DNA of 28,563 bases from a virus. Taxonomy: Duplodnaviria > Caudoviricetes. The first letter of the stretch is position 1. Every line of letters begins with the position of its first letter. A model generated the notes under the pieces. The model had not been told where the DNA came from, did no database searches, and saw only the letters and a program-made list of their open reading frames with translations. The stretch is from positions 1 through 28,563 of the IMG/VR virus record IMGVR_UViG_3300046000_006874; one strand, 5' to 3'. Positions 25,000 to 28,563 of the stretch are shown here, one piece after another. The translations under genes were made by a program, and so were the position numbers.

Positions 25000-25493
25000 T
25001 CAAGTTCTGATCCTAACGCAGCGTAGCCGATGGTGTCGATCCAGTTGTCGCGTTTTTTGCTCGTCACGCTCCTCGACATTTTCAGGAGGATCATCATGGA
25101 GGCGACATCCTTGGGCGTGATCTCGACGCCTTTGTAGGCACTCCACAACTGCGCAATGCGGGTGAAACTGGCTTTGGCCTCGCCATAGTCCGCAGCGCGG
25201 TCTTTGTGGATCAGGTCACGGGCTTCTTCGAGGATGTCGGGTTGGGGTGGAGCGGGCGGGAGTTCAACCTTCACAGGGATAGCATAGTAAGCATTCGTGA
25301 CTGGTATAGCTGATGAGGCTTCGTTGTCCCACCCTTTAGTGGATGACCAGAAACGTGATCCCTCTGGCAGCTTCTGCCACATGTGTGGGCCTTTATACAG
25401 TCGGTATCCGGTAGGTGGAGCCGGGCTTTGCACGTTTTCGGGAGTCACGTTGTCCCGCTGAAAGCGAGAGGTGTCATAGGTCTCTTCGGGCAT
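24996..25493 (-). CDS. DUF6378-like domain protein, 165 aa
   Basis: The C-terminal ILEEA..LI..DR..DYG....F.RIA.LWS.Y...DVA.MMILLK.SR...DNW.D..GYAALG is characteristic of this common phage domain. ATGA-coupled to terL. Confidence 0.8.
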   Translation of the reverse strand: MPEETYDTSRFQRDNVTPENVQSPAPPTGYRLYKGPHMWQKLPEGSRFWSSTKGWDNEASSAIPVTNAYYAIPVKVELPPAPPQPDILEEARDLIHKDRAADYGEAKASFTRIAQLWSAYKGVEITPKDVASMMILLKMSRSVTSKKRDNWIDTIGYAALGSELE

Positions 25494-25498
25494 GATAG

Positions 25499-25789
25499 TT
25501 AAAATGGTTCGTTGTCTTCTTGTTCCTGCTGACGTTTCAGGTCAGCAACAGTTTTCTTTTTGTGGCATCTGTGGCGGCAGAGCAACTGGAGGTTTCCCTC
25601 CTTATGCTGGCGTCGATAAAAACTGACTCGCTGGCTGGTGTCCATAGCTCGGTGGTGGGCTGGTCCTTGGGGGATGATGCAGTCGAAGTCGAGGTCTCTG
25701 TCTGTTCCACACTCAAAGCAGGCTCCGCCGAGCTTGAACATCAGTTCAAACCTAGCGCGTCTAGCCCACTCTTTCTGACGCTTAGCCAT
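25499..25789 (-). CDS. Small HNH-fold Zn-finger protein with degenerate active site, 96 aa
   Basis: The likely start MAKRQK at 25789 overlaps the upstream stop by 8 nt. LGGACFECG...LDFDCIIP...NLQLLCRHRCHKKKT follows the CxxC...DH..P...NL..LC..CH..KT pattern but has DC in place of DH. Confidence 0.7.
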   Translation of the reverse strand: MAKRQKEWARRARFELMFKLGGACFECGTDRDLDFDCIIPQGPAHHRAMDTSQRVSFYRRQHKEGNLQLLCRHRCHKKKTVADLKRQQEQEDNEPF

Positions 25790-26069
25790 TGTGGTAGCGT
25801 GCGAGAGCTTGGACTCGGTGCTTTTTGGCGCAGACAGAGCACATGGCTTTGCCGGGACGAGCCTTGGACTCGGCACATTGAGTGCATAGTCCCGATGCTC
25901 GGAGGGACTTGTAGCGTGCTGTCTGGTAAGCCTTTATGTCGCGGACCTTATACTCGACTTTGTAAGGGCCGCGAGGCTTGCCAAGGCTTGCCTTGATGGC
26001 TGACACCTTTTTGTGCGGAGACAGCGACTCGTCTTCGATGATTTCTCGGATTCGTTTCAGATAGTTCAT
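25782..26069 (-). CDS. Basic Zn-finger-like hypothetical protein, 95 aa
   Basis: GLCTQC...PGKAMCSVC; Lys/Arg-rich; starts 3 nt after the helicase stop. Confidence 0.7.
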   Translation of the reverse strand: MNYLKRIREIIEDESLSPHKKVSAIKASLGKPRGPYKVEYKVRDIKAYQTARYKSLRASGLCTQCAESKARPGKAMCSVCAKKHRVQALARYHNG

Positions 26070-26072
26070 GGT

Positions 26073-27506
26073 TTAGCAAAAGTCCTCCTCATGTTTGATG
26101 GTTAGTTTCTTCCTTGGCACCGCGCCTTCGCGGTAAGATTCTAGTAACTGGAGCGCAGTTAAAAGTCGGTCTTCTGTGACCTTTTTCTCCTCGATCACCG
26201 TTGCTACTGCGTAGTCCACTGTATCCGGGATCATCAGTCGATAGACCGTCACTACGCTTCCTTGTCCTCGCCGGTCGAGACGAGCAATCATCTGCTCGTA
26301 GTCCTCTCGGCTGTAGGTCAGTGTAAGCCAGACAAGTGTGTTTCCCCCGTGCTGGAGATTGAGCCCGTGACCAACGCTCTTCGGATGGGCGACCAAGATG
26401 GGGATCTTCTTGTTGTTCCAATCCTCTAAAAGCTGTTTCTGAGAGGTTTGATTCTTGGCATCCGCAAAGAATCGGGCCTTGGGAAAGTATTTTCGTAGCC
26501 TCTCCTGTTCGTGCCTGAAGGCGCACGCTACCAGCACCGGCCCCTCCGTCTGCTTGATGATCTTCTCCAGTGCTTTGATCTTCAGATCATGGATGTCGTG
26601 CCACTTGCTGTCGGCGTCATAGATGCTCCCCGACGTGAACTGGAGCAGCTTGGCGACCAGTGCCGCAGCATTTGGAGCCGTGATCTCCGCTGACTTCAAC
26701 TGGAGCACCAGTTCCTTCTCGAACTCCTTGTAGTCGTGGACGAGGTTCTTGGGCAGATGCACTTCCACGTCCTCAACCACTGTCTCCGGCAGGTTGAGCC
26801 AGTCTTTCGAGCGGAGCGTGAGGGTGATGTCGGCTAGCCGGTTCTCGATGGCTTCACCGGAGCCTGGAAGTTCTTTCCACTTGTAGCCCCCATACCCAGA
26901 CTGCTTGAAGTAGGTCTGTTTGAAGTGCTCGAACGCACGACCAAGCCTCTTCCCGTTATCAACGAAACGTGCTTGGGCGAAGAGATCAAGAAGCGAGTTC
27001 GGAGCGGGGGTGCCAGTGAGCGCCCATATACGTTTGTGGATTTCATGCGTAACTTCACGGCGGTATAAATTGGCTCTCTTGGAGGTGGGGTTTTTGAGCT
27101 TGGTGGATTCATCCACTATCGTCAGGTCAAATGGGAGTCCTAGCCCCATGCTCCGCCGAGTCTTTACCAACTCGACGAGCTTGGGGATGGACTCGTAGTT
27201 GCAAACGTAGATGTGAGCTTTGCCTTGCAGGAACGCACGCTTGCCCGCAGGAGAGCGTAGGTTTGCCACCTTCATCCACTTAAAGTCGTCCCACCTCTCC
27301 ACCTCCAGAGGCCAAGTCAGGTTTGCCACACGCATTGGAGCGAGGACGAGAGCGCCGATGGTCTGTTTCCGTTGGAACAGGGTGTTCAGCGCCGACAACG
27401 TAGCTGCGGTCTTCCCGATGCCGACGCCGACGAAGCCAAGAGCGTGCGGGTGGTCGAGGAGATGCTGTGTCAGCAGGTCTTGGGGTTCTGAAGAAGGGAA
27501 CTTCAT
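26073..27506 (-). CDS. SNF2-family (SF2) helicase/ATPase, 477 aa
   Basis: GVGIGKT (motif I), VLAP (Ia), IVDES (II), LTGTPAPN (III), HPKSVGHGLNLQ (V) and QMIARLDRRGQ (VI). Confidence 0.93.
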   Translation of the reverse strand: MKFPSSEPQDLLTQHLLDHPHALGFVGVGIGKTAATLSALNTLFQRKQTIGALVLAPMRVANLTWPLEVERWDDFKWMKVANLRSPAGKRAFLQGKAHIYVCNYESIPKLVELVKTRRSMGLGLPFDLTIVDESTKLKNPTSKRANLYRREVTHEIHKRIWALTGTPAPNSLLDLFAQARFVDNGKRLGRAFEHFKQTYFKQSGYGGYKWKELPGSGEAIENRLADITLTLRSKDWLNLPETVVEDVEVHLPKNLVHDYKEFEKELVLQLKSAEITAPNAAALVAKLLQFTSGSIYDADSKWHDIHDLKIKALEKIIKQTEGPVLVACAFRHEQERLRKYFPKARFFADAKNQTSQKQLLEDWNNKKIPILVAHPKSVGHGLNLQHGGNTLVWLTLTYSREDYEQMIARLDRRGQGSVVTVYRLMIPDTVDYAVATVIEEKKVTEDRLLTALQLLESYREGAVPRKKLTIKHEEDFC

Positions 27507-27670
27507 TGCTTTAAGCTGTATTCGTAACGGTGCGCCAGAACACGCCAGTCGATTAAAAGGTCAAAACATCCGGGTACTTTGTGGATAAAGTCTGAACCAA
27601 ATCCCCAACTGTCAACGTTGGTTATAAACTCGTCTCGTAGAAGCTGTTTGTGTATTTTTTCCAGAAGCAT
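27503..27670 (-). CDS. Hypothetical protein, 55 aa (MLLEKIHKQLLRDEF...YEYSLKQ), absent from the ORF track
   Basis: ATG lies 1 nt after the VRR-NUC stop, the frame is open for 55 codons, and TGA overlaps the helicase ATG (ATGA). Confidence 0.65.
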   Translation of the reverse strand: MLLEKIHKQLLRDEFITNVDSWGFGSDFIHKVPGCFDLLIDWRVLAHRYEYSLKQ

Positions 27671-27671
27671 G

Positions 27672-27986
27672 TTAGCAAAATTCTCGATCCGTTTTCAATA
27701 GTTTTCGAATGAACTCGCAGCCGTCCTCGACGTTGTCGCACCAAGTAGCTAGGCAGTTCTGTTTCGTGAGTTTGATGATCTCCCCCATCTGGAGCGGTGT
27801 GGGTTTCTTGCCCGCAGCCTTCACTTCGAGGAACCCAATCACCCCTTGCGGAGTGATGATCATCCGATCAGGGACGGCGCGGCGTGCGGGACTAACAAAT
27901 TTAAGGTATAGACAGCCGTGCTTCTTGGCGAACTCACCGATTTTCTTCTCGATGTCTTTTTCGAGTTGGGGGCCGACGGGTTTCAC
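27672..27986 (-). CDS. VRR-NUC domain nuclease (PD-(D/E)xK), ~104 aa
   Basis: LEKDIE...KFVSP...VPDR...FLEVKA.GKKPTPLQ. The likely GTG start at 27986 forms a GTGA overlap with the exonuclease stop. VRR-NUC next to SNF2 is a common phage pairing. Confidence 0.9.
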   Translation of the reverse strand: MKPVGPQLEKDIEKKIGEFAKKHGCLYLKFVSPARRAVPDRMIITPQGVIGFLEVKAAGKKPTPLQMGEIIKLTKQNCLATWCDNVEDGCEFIRKLLKTDREFC

Positions 27987-28561
27987 AGAATCAGTTCTCT
28001 TTGAAGTTGGTCCATCTCTGCCTGTTTCTCCGCCTTGCACAGCTCCTGAAACGCCGGGAGCAGGATCAGGTGGTTCACCTGCGAAATGGCGTCGTCGAGA
28101 GCGTTGTGGTGCGTGCCCACACGAGCAGGCATCTTGATGTGGGGGTACATCGCTTTAAGGGTGCGGTAGCAGCGGTCGTTCCAGAATTTCCAAGGTGCCT
28201 CCAAGCCGAGCAGGTCGTAGGCTGCTTTCAGGAGCACGTTGTCGAAGTTGGCACCGTTTCCCCAGAGTTCTAGGTCTGGATTTGCTGCGTAGCCTGTCGG
28301 TGTGAATGGAGCTTCACACCACACTGAAAAAGCTTCCAAGACGTAACTCAAAAAAGAAGACTCTTTCTGAAACTCCTCTCTTGCTGCGCCCGACTGCTTC
28401 ATCCACCACTTGACGGTGTCCACGTCGATGAGCATCCCCGCATCGACGCAGCTTTGCATGTCGATCCTCATGTAGAATGGCTCGCCGTACGGTCCGTTCT
28501 CGTCGAACTTAGTGGTTCCGATGGAGGTGATGATGGAGCCTGGGCGGGTGCCCATCGTTTC
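27983..28561 (-). CDS. DEDD-family 3'-5' exonuclease (Rv2179c/DUF5051-like), 5'-truncated at the window edge
   Basis: The frame continues to the edge as E-T-M-G-T, the end of a D-x-E-T motif I. It also has T..WW.KQ, WGNGANFDNVLL, RCYRTL and HNALDDA..Q. Confidence 0.88.
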   Translation of the reverse strand, partial: ETMGTRPGSIITSIGTTKFDENGPYGEPFYMRIDMQSCVDAGMLIDVDTVKWWMKQSGAAREEFQKESSFLSYVLEAFSVWCEAPFTPTGYAANPDLELWGNGANFDNVLLKAAYDLLGLEAPWKFWNDRCYRTLKAMYPHIKMPARVGTHHNALDDAISQVNHLILLPAFQELCKAEKQAEMDQLQRELIL

Positions 28562-28563
28562 GA

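Noticed and set aside
2279-28040. ORF-track starts at 2279, 5232, 16952, 18431, 25876 and 28040
   Set aside because: Each extends deep into the neighbouring gene. Downstream starts at 2459, 5385, 16880, 18329, 25789 and 27986 give tight coupling and begin at the recognisable domain.
1-28563. Stop-codon reassignment, tRNA genes, integrase or att sites
   Set aside because: Standard code 11 gives near-complete coding density with intact genes, no intergenic space is large enough for a tRNA, and no recombinase motif was seen.

Overview
This is a 28.6-kb, gene-dense segment of a tailed dsDNA phage, probably podovirus-like. No integrase or host housekeeping gene is visible, so free phage and prophage cannot be told apart. 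Two gene blocks converge at about 15.57 kb. The + strand block (1-15579) looks like a virion module: a 5'-truncated beta-propeller/Ig-like adhesin or fibre (7 delta-60-type repeats, 2 choice-of-anchor-D/ASH-like domains), three small ORFs, a probable head-tail adaptor, two probable ejection proteins, a 2747-aa multidomain protein containing a ParB/Srx-like domain, and a Cys-rich 196-aa protein. The - strand block (28563-15569) runs: DEDD 3'-5' exonuclease, VRR-NUC nuclease, a 55-aa ORF, SNF2 helicase, Zn-finger ORF, degenerate HNH, DUF6378-like protein and terminase large subunit. It then continues into a compact ~7-kb modification cassette: 3 class I SAM methyltransferases, GT2, GT9-like and divergent GT-A-like glycosyltransferases, a radical SAM/SPASM enzyme, a MazG-like pyrophosphatase, and an inserted HNH homing endonuclease. 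This cassette is the best candidate for an undescribed system, either glycosylation/methylation of the virion or host surface, or DNA hypermodification. It has two related sigma70-like promoters sharing TTCGATAAnnTGAAA, a GT-like enzyme with an apparent C-terminal winged HTH, and a GT9-like enzyme whose tail resembles the N-terminus of the last virion-block protein. All family calls come from motifs read by eye; no searches were run.
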